Source: Minisyncoccota bacterium (lineage in GTDB: Bacteria > Patescibacteriota > Minisyncoccia > 2-02-FULL-40-12 > GWA2-44-9). From it: a stretch of DNA of 64,000 nt. The position numbers were made by a program, and so were the translations under genes. Positions 35,514-45,550 of this stretch are shown one piece after another. Within the stretch, counting starts at the first letter, position 1. Each line of letters begins with the position of its first letter. Location of the stretch: NCBI GenBank assembly GCA_035524755.1, contig DATKOD010000003.1, positions 2,206 to 66,205 on the forward strand, read 5' to 3'. The notes beneath the pieces are model-generated. The model saw nothing but the letters and a program-made list of their open reading frames with translations, did not search any database and was not told where the DNA came from.

Positions 35514-35627
35514 TTACATCTGCGGCTGTCCCGGCTGCATCGGCATACCGCCGCTCTTCTTGCCGCGCTTCGCGAGCCACCACACGATCAGAATCACGAC
35601 CACCGCACCGATGATGTACCACCACAT
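35514..35627 (-). CDS. candidate small membrane protein (37 aa)
   Basis: MWWYIIGAVVVILIVWWLAKRGKKSGGMPMQPGQPQM, 40 nt downstream of the MFS gene on the same strand. Below the ORF-track cutoff. Confidence 0.3.
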   Translation of the reverse strand: MWWYIIGAVVVILIVWWLAKRGKKSGGMPMQPGQPQM

Positions 35628-35666
35628 AGGGGTATGAAGTTAGAGACAATACGATGAACGTTTCAA

Positions 35667-36833
35667 TTATCTCTCGCTGAAACGTCTCGTCAAGAGCAAG
35701 AGTACGACCGCAGTACCGGCAAGCCCTGCTCCCACGAAGAACGGCGTCTGCGGTCCGTAGCGGTCCCACAGGTACCCGGCCAGAATGCTCGCCGGTAGCG
35801 TTGTCAGCCCGACCGTCATTCCATAAATGCCGAACGCGCGTCCTCGGTGGCCGAATTCGACCATATCGGCAAGGAACGCACGCGCGACACCTTCGCTGGT
35901 CGCGTAATAAATACCGTACAGGACGTATAACGGCCACACGACCGCGGCACCGCCTGCGAGTCCGAACCCCACATACGTCAGTGCGTACGCGGCCCATCCC
36001 ATTGCAAGCGTAGGGATCCGCCCGATGCGGTCGGACAATGAACCGAACGGGACCGCAAGGAGCGCGTATATCAGATTGAAGAGGGCGATGACGATTGGAA
36101 TCTCGATGAGCGTGACACCGAGGTTGCGCGCGCGAAGGATGAGGAACGCGTCCGATGAGTTCCCGAGCGTGAACACGACGACGACGGCCATGAACAGGAA
36201 GAACGACGTTGGCAGCGGTTTCGTGGACCCCGGCACGGACTGCGCCCGGGCGGCCGCACGCGGGATTTCATGCACCCGCCGTGTCAGGATGGTGAGCGTC
36301 GCCAACAGCGGCACCGCGGAGACGATGATGATGATGTGATACACCGACGCGCTGGCACGGAAGAGATAGAGCAGCAGTGCCAACACGAGGGGCCCCGCGA
36401 CCGACCCGAGCGTATCCAACATGCGCGATATTCCGAAGCTGCGTCCACGGGTCACCTCCGGCGATGTTCCTGCGATGAGCACGTCCTTGGGAGGATCCTT
36501 AACGCCCTTGCCGATGCCGTCCATGAGCCGGAGACCGAACACCGGTGCGACGCCGCTGACCAAGGCCAAGAGCGGTCGGCTCACCATCGATAGGAAGTAG
36601 CCGATGAAGATGAGCGGTTTCTGCCGCTTGAAACGGTCAGAAAGGTATCCCGCAACGACGCGGAACACGTTCCAACTCGCGGTCACGATGCCTTCAGCGA
36701 TACCGACCAGGGTCTTGTCGAACCCCAGAATAGTCGTCAGGTAGATGGGCAGGACCGGCGCGAACATGTCCTGGCTGATGCCTCCGAAGAAGCTCAGCAG
36801 GCCGATGTACCATATGTCGCGGTCCTTCTTCAC
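35667..36833 (-). CDS. MFS transporter
   Basis: 388 aa with 12 predicted TM and an MFS pattern. Confidence 0.85.
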   Translation of the reverse strand: MKKDRDIWYIGLLSFFGGISQDMFAPVLPIYLTTILGFDKTLVGIAEGIVTASWNVFRVVAGYLSDRFKRQKPLIFIGYFLSMVSRPLLALVSGVAPVFGLRLMDGIGKGVKDPPKDVLIAGTSPEVTRGRSFGISRMLDTLGSVAGPLVLALLLYLFRASASVYHIIIIVSAVPLLATLTILTRRVHEIPRAAARAQSVPGSTKPLPTSFFLFMAVVVVFTLGNSSDAFLILRARNLGVTLIEIPIVIALFNLIYALLAVPFGSLSDRIGRIPTLAMGWAAYALTYVGFGLAGGAAVVWPLYVLYGIYYATSEGVARAFLADMVEFGHRGRAFGIYGMTVGLTTLPASILAGYLWDRYGPQTPFFVGAGLAGTAVVLLLLTRRFSER

Positions 36834-36855
36834 CGCTTCAGTATATCAAAGACGG

Positions 36856-37818
36856 CTACTTTGTTGCCTTGATGCCGTTGAGAATGGCGCGGACGCGATC
36901 CAGGGAGTCCGAGTCGTGTATCGAGATAGGAAGTACGTTCGGGTTCAGACGCTTCAATGACTCGAGCTTCACGGCGATTTCCTCGGGTGGGATCGTGTCC
37001 GATTTGGTCAGGAACAGATATTCATCCTTATCCGCCAGCGTTCCACTGTGCATTGCGAGTTCTTTCCGAATGGTGGCATAGTCACGCACGACATCGTCGG
37101 ATTCTGCGGAGATGAGGTGAAAGATGATCTTCGTCCGCTCGATGTGCCGCAGGAATTTCGTGCCCAACCCCTTGCCCGACGAGGCTCCTTCGATGAGCCC
37201 CGGAATATCGGCGATGACGAGTTCGTAATAGACGCCCAGATGCGGCTCCAGGGTCGTGAACGGATAGTTCGCGACGCGGCTCTGTGCACGGGTCAATTCA
37301 TTGATGAGGCTGGACTTTCCGGCGTTCGGCAGTCCGACAAGGCCGACATCGGCGATGAGTTTGAGTTCCAGCCTGATCCGGAACGATTCACCGGCAGTCC
37401 CCGGCGTGAACTCCTTCGGACTCGTGTTCGTCGAGGAGCGGAATTTGAAATTCCCGGTCCCGCCTTTACCGCCCCGTGCCACTAATACGCGCTGGCCGCT
37501 GGTGATGATCTCTGCGGTCGTACCGGTATCGAGATTGTGGATGACCGTGCCGACCGGCACCTTCGTGACAAGGTCGTCGCCGCCACGGCCATCGTTGAGC
37601 TGGCCCTTCCCACGCTCACCGTCGCCGGCCACCAGTTTCTTCGTGTTACGGAACTGCGAGAGCGCGTTCAAATCCGTCGTGCCTTCGAGGTAGACGTTTC
37701 CGCCCTGGCCGCCATCCCCTCCGGTCGGACCGAGGGCCATCATGTTCTTCTGGAAGGACGCGATCCCGTCGCCGCCACGGCCGGCCTTCACGCGTATCGT
37801 GACGTCATCGATGAGCAT
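36856..37818 (-). CDS. obg: GTPase Obg
   Basis: 320 aa with an Obg fold (Gly-rich N-terminal, IRVKAGRGGDGIASF) and GTPase motifs G1 (GLPNAGKSS), G3 (DIPG) and G4 (TKSD). Confidence 0.9.
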   Translation of the reverse strand: MLIDDVTIRVKAGRGGDGIASFQKNMMALGPTGGDGGQGGNVYLEGTTDLNALSQFRNTKKLVAGDGERGKGQLNDGRGGDDLVTKVPVGTVIHNLDTGTTAEIITSGQRVLVARGGKGGTGNFKFRSSTNTSPKEFTPGTAGESFRIRLELKLIADVGLVGLPNAGKSSLINELTRAQSRVANYPFTTLEPHLGVYYELVIADIPGLIEGASSGKGLGTKFLRHIERTKIIFHLISAESDDVVRDYATIRKELAMHSGTLADKDEYLFLTKSDTIPPEEIAVKLESLKRLNPNVLPISIHDSDSLDRVRAILNGIKATK

Positions 37819-38098
37819 GGCCGGCTATTATGGCTGATTTCTGCGTCCGAGTCAACCGCTTCAATGCCGCTTCGCGCCTGAGCGCCGCACTCCGGCTCGC
37901 CGCGCGCTCGGTGTACACGATGTCGCGCGCACCATGCGTCCGCGTATAAGCACCTCCGGTGCCCGATTTATGTTGAGTGAGTCGTCTGGCGATATCCGTC
38001 GTGATGCCCGTATAGAGCGTGCCGTCATCGCACCGGAGTATGTAGACGAAGAATCGTCTAGTTCGCCGTGAGATAGAAGAAATCCTTGTTGTAGCCAT
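37805..38098 (-). CDS. GIY-YIG nuclease-family small protein
   Basis: FFVYILRCDDGTLYTGITTDIARRLTQHKSG is a GIY-YIG core. The only ATG in frame (M46 of the track ORF) gives ~97 aa and overlaps the upstream gene's 3' end by ~40 nt. Confidence 0.55.
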   Translation of the reverse strand: MATTRISSISRRTRRFFVYILRCDDGTLYTGITTDIARRLTQHKSGTGGAYTRTHGARDIVYTERAASRSAALRREAALKRLTRTQKSAIIAGHAHR

Positions 38099-39194
38099 GG
38101 AGGTAGCTCTGGGAGCCGTCGCGGATGCCCTGCATGATGGGCGCGGACGAATAGCCGGCGCTTGAGTAGTGATCGAAGACGTTGAACCGCACCCAGTTGG
38201 GGTTGATGTCCAACTGCATCGCGTCCACCGCACCGGCGGCCTTCAATGCGGTGGCGAGCGTCGAAGGCACAAGCGCATTGCCGACCGCGAACAGCAGGTT
38301 GCCCTTCGCCGTGATACCGATGCCCGAGCGCCAGGTGTAGATGTCCGAGGTGATGGTACGGCCCCAGAGCGCACGGTTCACGTCGTCCTTGCTCTCCACG
38401 ACACCGTGTTCCACGAGCATCGGACAGTTCTGCCGCACGAAGATGACATCGTTGCCCAGGGATTGGCCAGTGTAGTCCACGATTTCGATACGTCCGTCCG
38501 CGTGACCCACGAGGGTCGCTAAATCGTTCTTCAACGGCAGATACGTGGTATCACCGACGATCATGCCGTACTGGCCGTCACGGTATTGGAATCCGCCGTC
38601 GAACGCGGCGACGAGCCTTCCTGCGCGCTGGATGTCCGGCGGAATGATTCCGGGGCCCGGCTTGCCGACCTGACCGCCGGGTTCCTTGGTACCGGCAACG
38701 CTCCAGAGACGCAATTTTGACATGTCCATCTGGACAAGGGTGACGAACGCGTACGAGCGCGCCGGGTCCGGCCGTATGAACGTGTCAGCGACGACGACCT
38801 TGCCCGGGAACAGGTCGAGCGGGATGTCGTTCCATTCGCCTTCGCCCATGATCGGCATGAGCGCCGCCGTCTGCACTACCGACAGGTCCAGGTTCGACGA
38901 ATTCGCGGCCGATGCGGGTATCGGCGTACCCGACGGATGCAGGAACGGGTCCTGTGGGGTGGATACTTTGTACTTGAGCCGATTGATGGTGTCGGTCGTA
39001 TTGAAAAACAACTTCTCCAGTGCGATGACCCGTGCATCGCCGATCAATGGCCGTAGTATCTCATCGGTAAAGGTCGCCGCCGCGGAGGTGTTGAGCTCGA
39101 TGAACAGTACCCCGCCGATGATGACCAGTACGAGCACGGTCAGGATCGTGAAAATGGTCCGTCGGCTTCGCAGATGTTGCATCAGGCTTTTCAT
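38058..39194 (-). CDS. phosphodiester glycosidase (NAGPA-like, DUF2233) family protein, membrane-anchored
   Basis: 378 aa with an N-terminal TM. Family assignment is by eye. Confidence 0.55.
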   Translation of the reverse strand: MKSLMQHLRSRRTIFTILTVLVLVIIGGVLFIELNTSAAATFTDEILRPLIGDARVIALEKLFFNTTDTINRLKYKVSTPQDPFLHPSGTPIPASAANSSNLDLSVVQTAALMPIMGEGEWNDIPLDLFPGKVVVADTFIRPDPARSYAFVTLVQMDMSKLRLWSVAGTKEPGGQVGKPGPGIIPPDIQRAGRLVAAFDGGFQYRDGQYGMIVGDTTYLPLKNDLATLVGHADGRIEIVDYTGQSLGNDVIFVRQNCPMLVEHGVVESKDDVNRALWGRTITSDIYTWRSGIGITAKGNLLFAVGNALVPSTLATALKAAGAVDAMQLDINPNWVRFNVFDHYSSAGYSSAPIMQGIRDGSQSYLHGYNKDFFYLTAN

Positions 39195-39262
39195 TATTGC
39201 GGTACTTTATCATACGACCGCCCCGCTTTCTACCCGTGTCGCGATGTGCTATTCTGTCCCCC

Positions 39263-39814
39263 GTGTTGCCTCCAGGACATGTCGCCGGCGGATACCTGCT
39301 CACGCAGGCGCTTTTGAGCGGTTTCCGGCCGCCGTTCACACACTCCCAACAGCAGACACTGCTCTGGCTGGGGACGTTCTTCGCATTCGCGCCGGATTTG
39401 GACTATTTCGTCCTCTTCGCGAAGACGCACAGCATGACACCGCACGATTTGGGTCCGCATCGGGCCTTCTGGTCCCATCGTCCCTTCGTGTGGCTCGTCC
39501 TCGCGGCATTGGTCGTGCTGATCGCTCCATCGCCGTTCATGCTATGGGTCGCGCTCCTCGTGTGGCTCGGCTCCTGGTCGCATTTCGTGCTTGATACCAT
39601 CCAGGAGCCCGGCATCATGTGGCTCTGGCCGTTTTCACGGAAGCTCTTCACGCTCAGGAAAAGACCCACCGCCGAATGGAATCAGCCGGAAGGGCACTTC
39701 CTCCGCTATTGGGCGCGATTGGTCGCGTGGTATGCGCGCGCGGAAGCGCTCAGTTTCTGGTCAGAGTTCGCGCTCGTGTGCGCGGCACTTGTCGTGCTTT
39801 TGCGGCACCTCTGA
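39263..39814 (+). CDS. membrane-bound metal-dependent hydrolase (YdjM/DUF457-like)
   Basis: His-rich TM protein. GTG start at VLPPGHVAGGYLL...; the track ORF starts at 39197. Confidence 0.5.
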   Translation: MLPPGHVAGGYLLTQALLSGFRPPFTHSQQQTLLWLGTFFAFAPDLDYFVLFAKTHSMTPHDLGPHRAFWSHRPFVWLVLAALVVLIAPSPFMLWVALLVWLGSWSHFVLDTIQEPGIMWLWPFSRKLFTLRKRPTAEWNQPEGHFLRYWARLVAWYARAEALSFWSEFALVCAALVVLLRHL

Positions 39815-39836
39815 TTTCACGTACCTTTTCACCGGA

Positions 39837-40973
39837 TCAGGTTTTGCCTGTATTCGCGTGCTGATGTACCGTTTCGATTGCTGAACTCTGAAAAATCCGG
39901 TCTTTCAGCATCGCAACGGCGATTGCGGTCGTGATGGGAACGGCGATGACCAGACCGATGCTTCCGATCAATATCCGCACGATTTCCGTTGCGAACACCT
40001 CCTGATTCATCGACTGCCAGATGTCGGCGTGCTCGGTATAGAAGACGAGGAGCAGCGGCAGCGAGACACCGACATATGCGATGGCGAGCGTGTTCACCAG
40101 GGCGCCGATGTGTTCCCGTCCGATCCGGAGCGCCCGCTGGAACAGCCGCCGCGGATGCATGTCGTGAGACGCGCGACGGAGCTCTTCCACTGCAATGGCC
40201 TGGCCGATGGCGATGTCGTACAACACGCCAAGAAGACCGATGAGCATGCCTCCCAACAGCAGACCAACCAGATCGATCTGTCCGCTGGTGTCGGAGGTCA
40301 GATAGAGGGAATCCTCGCTCGCATTGCCCGAAAGATGGGCGGCGTGCACGACGTACAGCGCAAGAAATCCGACCACGACGACGGTCGCGATCATCCCGAT
40401 GACCGCAGCGGTGGTCGTTCGGTTGAAGCCGTGCGTGATATACGAGCCGACGATGATGATGAGCGCGGAAACACCGATGCTCAGCCCGATGGGAGACTGT
40501 CCATGCAACAGTCCGGGCAGCAACACGAACAGGATGAGGGCCAGACCACCGACCAGGCTGGTGAGTCCGCGGATGCCCTGCCAGCCACCGAAGACGAGCA
40601 CGAGCAGGACGAAGAGTGCCGCCAGCCAGCCAAGCGTCGGCAACCGGTATGCACCCGCGAAGCCGATGCCGTTGATGACCGGATTGCCTTGCTCGTCTTT
40701 CGAGAGCGCGAGATTCACCCGGTCGCCGACCTTCAGAGGCGTTATGTCATTTTCCACCTGCACTATCTGGTCCTTGAACGACCCTTCCAGGATTTTGACA
40801 GCGAGCTGTTGAACGGTTTCCTGCACGTCCGTTCCTTCGACATCTTGGACCTTCTGACTGACGATATTGGTTATCTGTCCAAGCGTGATGACAACGCCCT
40901 CATCCGCCTTGAGAGTGGCGGGGATAGCGATCAATAGTCCGCTCACCAGTACTACCCAGAGTATCTTCTTCAT
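39837..40973 (-). CDS. YibE/F-family membrane protein
   Basis: Start at MKKILWVVLVSGLL (M28 of the track ORF). The 5' extension in the track overlaps tRNA-Gln and is rejected. Confidence 0.8.
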   Translation of the reverse strand: MKKILWVVLVSGLLIAIPATLKADEGVVITLGQITNIVSQKVQDVEGTDVQETVQQLAVKILEGSFKDQIVQVENDITPLKVGDRVNLALSKDEQGNPVINGIGFAGAYRLPTLGWLAALFVLLVLVFGGWQGIRGLTSLVGGLALILFVLLPGLLHGQSPIGLSIGVSALIIIVGSYITHGFNRTTTAAVIGMIATVVVVGFLALYVVHAAHLSGNASEDSLYLTSDTSGQIDLVGLLLGGMLIGLLGVLYDIAIGQAIAVEELRRASHDMHPRRLFQRALRIGREHIGALVNTLAIAYVGVSLPLLLVFYTEHADIWQSMNQEVFATEIVRILIGSIGLVIAVPITTAIAVAMLKDRIFQSSAIETVHQHANTGKT

Positions 40974-40982
40974 ATTGTCTTG

Positions 40983-41053
40983 CTGGGGGGATTGGATTCG
41001 AACCAATATTCGCGGCTCCAAAGGCCGATGTCCTACCATTAGACGACCCCCCA
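40983..41053 (-). tRNA. tRNA-Gln (anticodon TTG)
   Basis: Hand fold: U1-A72 acceptor TGGGGGG/CCCCCCA, D-stem GTCT/GGAC, anticodon loop CTTTGGA, T-arm ATTGG-TTCGAAT-CCAAT, discriminator G. These match bacterial tRNA-Gln identity elements. Confidence 0.8.
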
Positions 41054-41063
41054 AGATGCCCCA

Positions 41064-42089
41064 CTATACCAGTTCTATGATGGCCAACTCCAGCGGCAAT
41101 GTCGGAATCGTGCTTGAACGGAGCTGACCGCGCGCGTTGGTGAATGCCGTGATAGCACGCACCAGCCACGCACCGTCTAACCCGGCGGCCAGCGCCTTGA
41201 CCGCCGCTTCGCGCACGTCGGCGAGCCCGGCCGACGCCAGGATGCCCGGGTCTATCTTCGTGAGCATCACCTGCCGCAGGAACTCCACTAGGCCACGGGC
41301 GACATGGTCCATGTCGGCGCCATTCTGTGCGACATCGGCAAGTTCACGTAGTGCCGTGACGCGATCATGCGCGGCCACCAGACGGACCAGGCGGTCGTAC
41401 CAACCCTGCGGCACCAGCCCGAGAACTGACTGTACCGTAGCCGTCGTGATACGCGCACCGTCGGCATGGCTCACCAGCTTGGTGAGCATGACCTCGGCGT
41501 CACGCACCGCGCCGTCTGCGGCCGCTGCCATGGTCGCCAATGCGTCCGGCTCGACGTCGAGTTTCTCCTTCTTCACGATGTAGGCGAGCTTCGTCGTGAT
41601 CTGCGCCTGGGTCAGCTTGCGGAAATCGAACCGCTGGACGCGCGACAGCACCGTCGGAATGATTTTATGCGGTTCCGTGGTCGCGAGGATGAACAGCGCA
41701 TGGGCCGGCGGCTCCTCCAGAAGCTTCAGGAGCGCGTTGAACGCGTCTTTGGACAACATGTGCACCTCGTCCACGATGAAGACTTTGTAGGGCATCAGCG
41801 CGGGCGATGATGCGGCCGTCTCTTTGAGCTGCCTGACGTCGTCGATGCCGCGGTTGGACGCCGCATCGATCTCCACGAGGTCCATGCCCGGATCCCCGTC
41901 GGGCTTCAGGCCCATCGCGGCTTTCGCGAAGATGCGGGCTACGGTGGTCTTCCCGGTGCCCCGCGGTCCCGCGAACAGGTATGCATGTCCGATGCGGCCG
42001 CTGGAAAGCGCGCCCTGCAGCGTGCGGACGACGTGCTCCTGACCGACCACCTCGGACCAGGTGGCGGGGCGGTACGTACGGTACAACAT
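41064..42089 (-). CDS. dnaX: DNA polymerase III subunit gamma/tau, short form (341 aa)
   Basis: Walker A (AGPRGTGKTT), DEVH box and clamp-loader motifs. It lacks the tau C-terminal domains. Confidence 0.85.
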   Translation of the reverse strand: MLYRTYRPATWSEVVGQEHVVRTLQGALSSGRIGHAYLFAGPRGTGKTTVARIFAKAAMGLKPDGDPGMDLVEIDAASNRGIDDVRQLKETAASSPALMPYKVFIVDEVHMLSKDAFNALLKLLEEPPAHALFILATTEPHKIIPTVLSRVQRFDFRKLTQAQITTKLAYIVKKEKLDVEPDALATMAAAADGAVRDAEVMLTKLVSHADGARITTATVQSVLGLVPQGWYDRLVRLVAAHDRVTALRELADVAQNGADMDHVARGLVEFLRQVMLTKIDPGILASAGLADVREAAVKALAAGLDGAWLVRAITAFTNARGQLRSSTIPTLPLELAIIELV

Positions 42090-42104
42090 AGCCCTGACGG
42101 TATA

Positions 42105-42716
42105 CTACTTTTTCCGGAAAACGAACACCCGGAATCCCGTGAACGAGAAGATGAGCGCGACCGCGGAACCGACGACTGCACCGACGCCGGCCCATGCGGC
42201 CGTCGTGAATCCGGCCGGGCGGAGCGCGATGGTGATTGATGCTGCCGCGACGTTCACCAACACTGACGCGAGCGCGACCACGAGGAACCGCCCGATCTCA
42301 CCTGAGCCGCCCCGCGCTGAATCTTGGAATGCCCAGATCTTGTTCCAGAAATAGCTGTGAACGGTCGCAACACTGAATGAAAGGGTCTTGAACAGCGCGT
42401 ACGCGATGCCCGTGCTCAGACCGGTCAGCGCGATGAGCAGATACAGCACCCCGAAGTCCACGAGGGCATTGGCGAATCCGATGGCGGCGAACCGGCCGAA
42501 CTGCACGAACGGCTTGAACCACACCCCGAGGATATATCCCAGCTGCACGCCCAGGATCCAAAGGATGGGCACGAGCCAGATGAGTACCGAGGTGTTGATG
42601 CCCAACGGCAGCGACTTCCCCAAATACCGCAGGATGGCATCTGCGATGATCCCGGTGGTCAGACCGGTGATGAGTCCGTAGACGACATCTCTTCCTGATA
42701 CGATACGCATTGACAT
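42105..42716 (-). CDS. GtrA-family membrane protein
   Basis: 203 aa with 4-6 TM and a GtrA-like pattern. Confidence 0.6.
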   Translation of the reverse strand: MSMRIVSGRDVVYGLITGLTTGIIADAILRYLGKSLPLGINTSVLIWLVPILWILGVQLGYILGVWFKPFVQFGRFAAIGFANALVDFGVLYLLIALTGLSTGIAYALFKTLSFSVATVHSYFWNKIWAFQDSARGGSGEIGRFLVVALASVLVNVAAASITIALRPAGFTTAAWAGVGAVVGSAVALIFSFTGFRVFVFRKK

Positions 42717-42719
42717 ACG

Positions 42720-45149
42720 TTAGGTGGTACGTTCGAAGCGCTGCCGGATTTCTGATTCCACTTCTTCCCGCGGACGACCGAATTTCGCATGGCTGGATTC
42801 GATGATGGCATCGCGAACGGCCGGATCGCCTTTCGCCAGTCCGATCTCCGCGAGACCGCGCATGCTCGTAGGCCGCGCAACCTGACTGTTCACCAGCATG
42901 GATACATACGCATGGAAATTATCGATGTTGGAAACATCGTACGGAGAGAACACCGGTTCGAACTTCGTCTTCAGGAGCGGCATCTCGGCATCCTCCGGAC
43001 TGACACGGTACACCACCATGGTGCCGACGTTGCCGAAGACCGAATCGCGGATGGCGTCGTCAAGCTGCTTGATGAACTGATGCGCCATGATGAGACATAG
43101 GCGATACTTCCGGGCTTCCGCGAGGATGACCGAAATGGAATCCGTCGTGAAGTTCTGGAATTCATCCATATACAGATAGTGATCGGGCAGGTCAGCGCGT
43201 TTCGTATCGCGCGCCAATGCCGCACGGCGTAGTTTGCCGGTGATGACCATGCCCAACAGGTTCGCGTTCATATCACCGATCTTCCCTTTCGACAGGTTAC
43301 AGATAAGTATCTTCCGGTTCTCGATGACATCCCTGAAATCGATGACGCTCGTCTGTTGGTTCACGATGGGCCGCAGAAAATCATTGGACGTGAACGTATC
43401 GATCTTGCTGGTGACATATCCGGCGAAATTCGCCAGCGACTGGTCGCCGGTCATCTTCGTGGCTTCCAATTCCCAGAACTGCTTCACGACCGTGTTGGAC
43501 TCGTGCGCCAATAGGTCATTGCGGAATGCCTCGTCGACGAACACCCGTGACATGTCGGCCAGCGTCGGTACCCGCCGCTCGTAGTTATCGAGCAACAGGT
43601 ATGTCGCATTCTTGAAATACCGCTCGAACATCGGTCCGCCGGTCTCCTTGAGGTCGTACAGCTTCGACATGATCTCGAATAATTCGTCGATGATGAGCGT
43701 TTTATCCTGCGGATTGGACGGGTCGAACTCGAGCATGTTCAATCCCAGCGGGAACGACGTATCGCCGGGGTTGAAATAGATGACGTCGTCGATCCGTTCC
43801 TTCGGGACGTTCGCTAACACCCACTCCGCGAACGAGCCGTGCGGATCCAGTACCGTAATGCCGTCCCCCGACTCCAAATCCTGGGGTATCATCGACTGCA
43901 TCGTGACCGTTTTTCCGGTTCCGGTCTGTCCGATGATGTACATATGACGCCGACGGTCTTCGCGCGCGATGCGAAGCAGCGTCGACTGGCCCCGGTATTC
44001 GTTCATGCCGAACGCGATGCCATGCTCGGGAAGACCCGGTGGCGGCTCGGCCGTCTTGAAATTCACGAACTTGACCTTCGGCATGACCGCCATGCCGGTG
44101 GGAAAGTGGTACACGCTGGTAAGTTCCTCCGCCGACAGCGTGACCGTCTGAGCGTCATCGAACAGGCGAAAGGCGAATTCGAATTCCAACCGCTCCAACG
44201 CCTTGCCGGACAGTTTCTTCACGTTGAATCCGTTCCGGTCAGCCGTCGTATATTGCGAGAACGCGCCGGCGACATCGTTCATGATGGCATCCGCACGTTC
44301 CGGTGAGGACGATGAGGCGAGGATGCGAATGTTGCAGTCGAACAGCGGGCGTGATGCCTTGGACTGCAACGCGGTGATGAGTTTCTGTTCGAATTCGGTG
44401 GCGACCTTCGGCGGTTCTTTGAGCGCGGCGTCCGAGTCTCTCTTTTCATCCTTCTTCGGCGGATGCTGGGCGAGTTTGAGCGCTTTATGGAAATCATTGC
44501 CCGCCTGCATCTGACGTGCGGTATCGGACGCGAGTTTCCGGATCCCGGCATGCGACGACGGCCGGACCGCGATCTGGATGGCGACACCTTCGCCCTCCTT
44601 CTCGATCCTGCCCATCGCGCTCACCAGCGGACCGAGCGGATCGCTGGGCAGCTCGGTATAGGTCAGTACCGGCAGGATGGGATCCTCACGCTGGGTCAGG
44701 TAGGCGCCCGCCGAGCCGCCCTGCGGATTGAAAATGTTGTAATCCGGGCTCCGTTGAACGGTGGCGGTCGGAAACACGCCGACCATCTGCTTCTCGAACT
44801 GATCAGCGAACTTCGACGGCACCGCGGCGTAGAAATGGATCTGCTCGCCGATATGGTGCACCGCCATTTCCAGCACCAGGTACGGATCGCCGAACAGGAA
44901 CTTGTTCCACCCTTTGATCTTCAGGTTTGCCACCGACGCATACAACTGCTCCATGACCGCGATGAGTTTGCGTTCGTCCTTCTCCCCTCCCTCGGCGGCG
45001 AACCGCGGCAGAAGGAACAGCAGCAGCTGCATGTCCAGAGAACGCGACAACGACGTACGCGAACGGAGACCGTTGACGACGATCAACGCGGCGACGGCCA
45101 GAATGACCGCGACCAACGCCAAGAGTACAAGCGTGATGACGGGCGACAT
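42720..45149 (-). CDS. membrane-anchored AAA-like ATPase of the VirB4/TraC/HerA (DUF87) superfamily
   Basis: 809 aa with an N-terminal TM. Walker A (IIGQTGTGKT) at ~residue 405, Walker B (LYMDEFQNF), and a HerA/VirB4-like AEARKYRLCLIMAHQFIKQL motif. It has a ~380-aa non-ATPase N-terminal region. Confidence 0.7.
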   Translation of the reverse strand: MSPVITLVLLALVAVILAVAALIVVNGLRSRTSLSRSLDMQLLLFLLPRFAAEGGEKDERKLIAVMEQLYASVANLKIKGWNKFLFGDPYLVLEMAVHHIGEQIHFYAAVPSKFADQFEKQMVGVFPTATVQRSPDYNIFNPQGGSAGAYLTQREDPILPVLTYTELPSDPLGPLVSAMGRIEKEGEGVAIQIAVRPSSHAGIRKLASDTARQMQAGNDFHKALKLAQHPPKKDEKRDSDAALKEPPKVATEFEQKLITALQSKASRPLFDCNIRILASSSSPERADAIMNDVAGAFSQYTTADRNGFNVKKLSGKALERLEFEFAFRLFDDAQTVTLSAEELTSVYHFPTGMAVMPKVKFVNFKTAEPPPGLPEHGIAFGMNEYRGQSTLLRIAREDRRRHMYIIGQTGTGKTVTMQSMIPQDLESGDGITVLDPHGSFAEWVLANVPKERIDDVIYFNPGDTSFPLGLNMLEFDPSNPQDKTLIIDELFEIMSKLYDLKETGGPMFERYFKNATYLLLDNYERRVPTLADMSRVFVDEAFRNDLLAHESNTVVKQFWELEATKMTGDQSLANFAGYVTSKIDTFTSNDFLRPIVNQQTSVIDFRDVIENRKILICNLSKGKIGDMNANLLGMVITGKLRRAALARDTKRADLPDHYLYMDEFQNFTTDSISVILAEARKYRLCLIMAHQFIKQLDDAIRDSVFGNVGTMVVYRVSPEDAEMPLLKTKFEPVFSPYDVSNIDNFHAYVSMLVNSQVARPTSMRGLAEIGLAKGDPAVRDAIIESSHAKFGRPREEVESEIRQRFERTT

Positions 45150-45550
45150 CAGGGAGCGGGCTCAACCTTCCGGCGTTCCAGCAGTTGCGAGTGGAATTCA
45201 TCGGCGAGCACGTCGTGCAGTGCATCGATGAGCGCGGGATTGCCGGAAGCGACAGCCTGGTCGATGGCGGCCTGCAGGCTCTGCGTGAACACCACGTTCA
45301 CCAGTTGCTGCACCGGGCCGGCCAACGCCGGGTCCTGCCAGCTCGGCGTGCCTGCCACGGGTTGCGATGCCGCTGGCGCCGGTTGGTAGTTCGGCACTGA
45401 CTGTTGGATGCGTTCGCCGACCGCCTCATGCACTTCTGCCCGTTCATACGGCGTCGATGCGTCAGCGCCCAGCTCCGCGCGTTTCTCCTGGAGCCTGCGT
45501 TCCAGGTCTGCGATCTCCGTCTCGATCGGACCGGTGGTGTTCTCAGCCAT
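45149..45550 (-). CDS. hypothetical protein (~133 aa)
   Basis: Its stop overlaps the ATPase start (ATGA). No recognised domain. Confidence 0.45.
   Translation of the reverse strand: MAENTTGPIETEIADLERRLQEKRAELGADASTPYERAEVHEAVGERIQQSVPNYQPAPAASQPVAGTPSWQDPALAGPVQQLVNVVFTQSLQAAIDQAVASGNPALIDALHDVLADEFHSQLLERRKVEPAP

Noticed and set aside
40900-41169. 89-aa minus ORF spanning tRNA-Gln and the dnaX 3' end
   Set aside because: It overlaps a well-folded tRNA and the dnaX stop region. No protein features.
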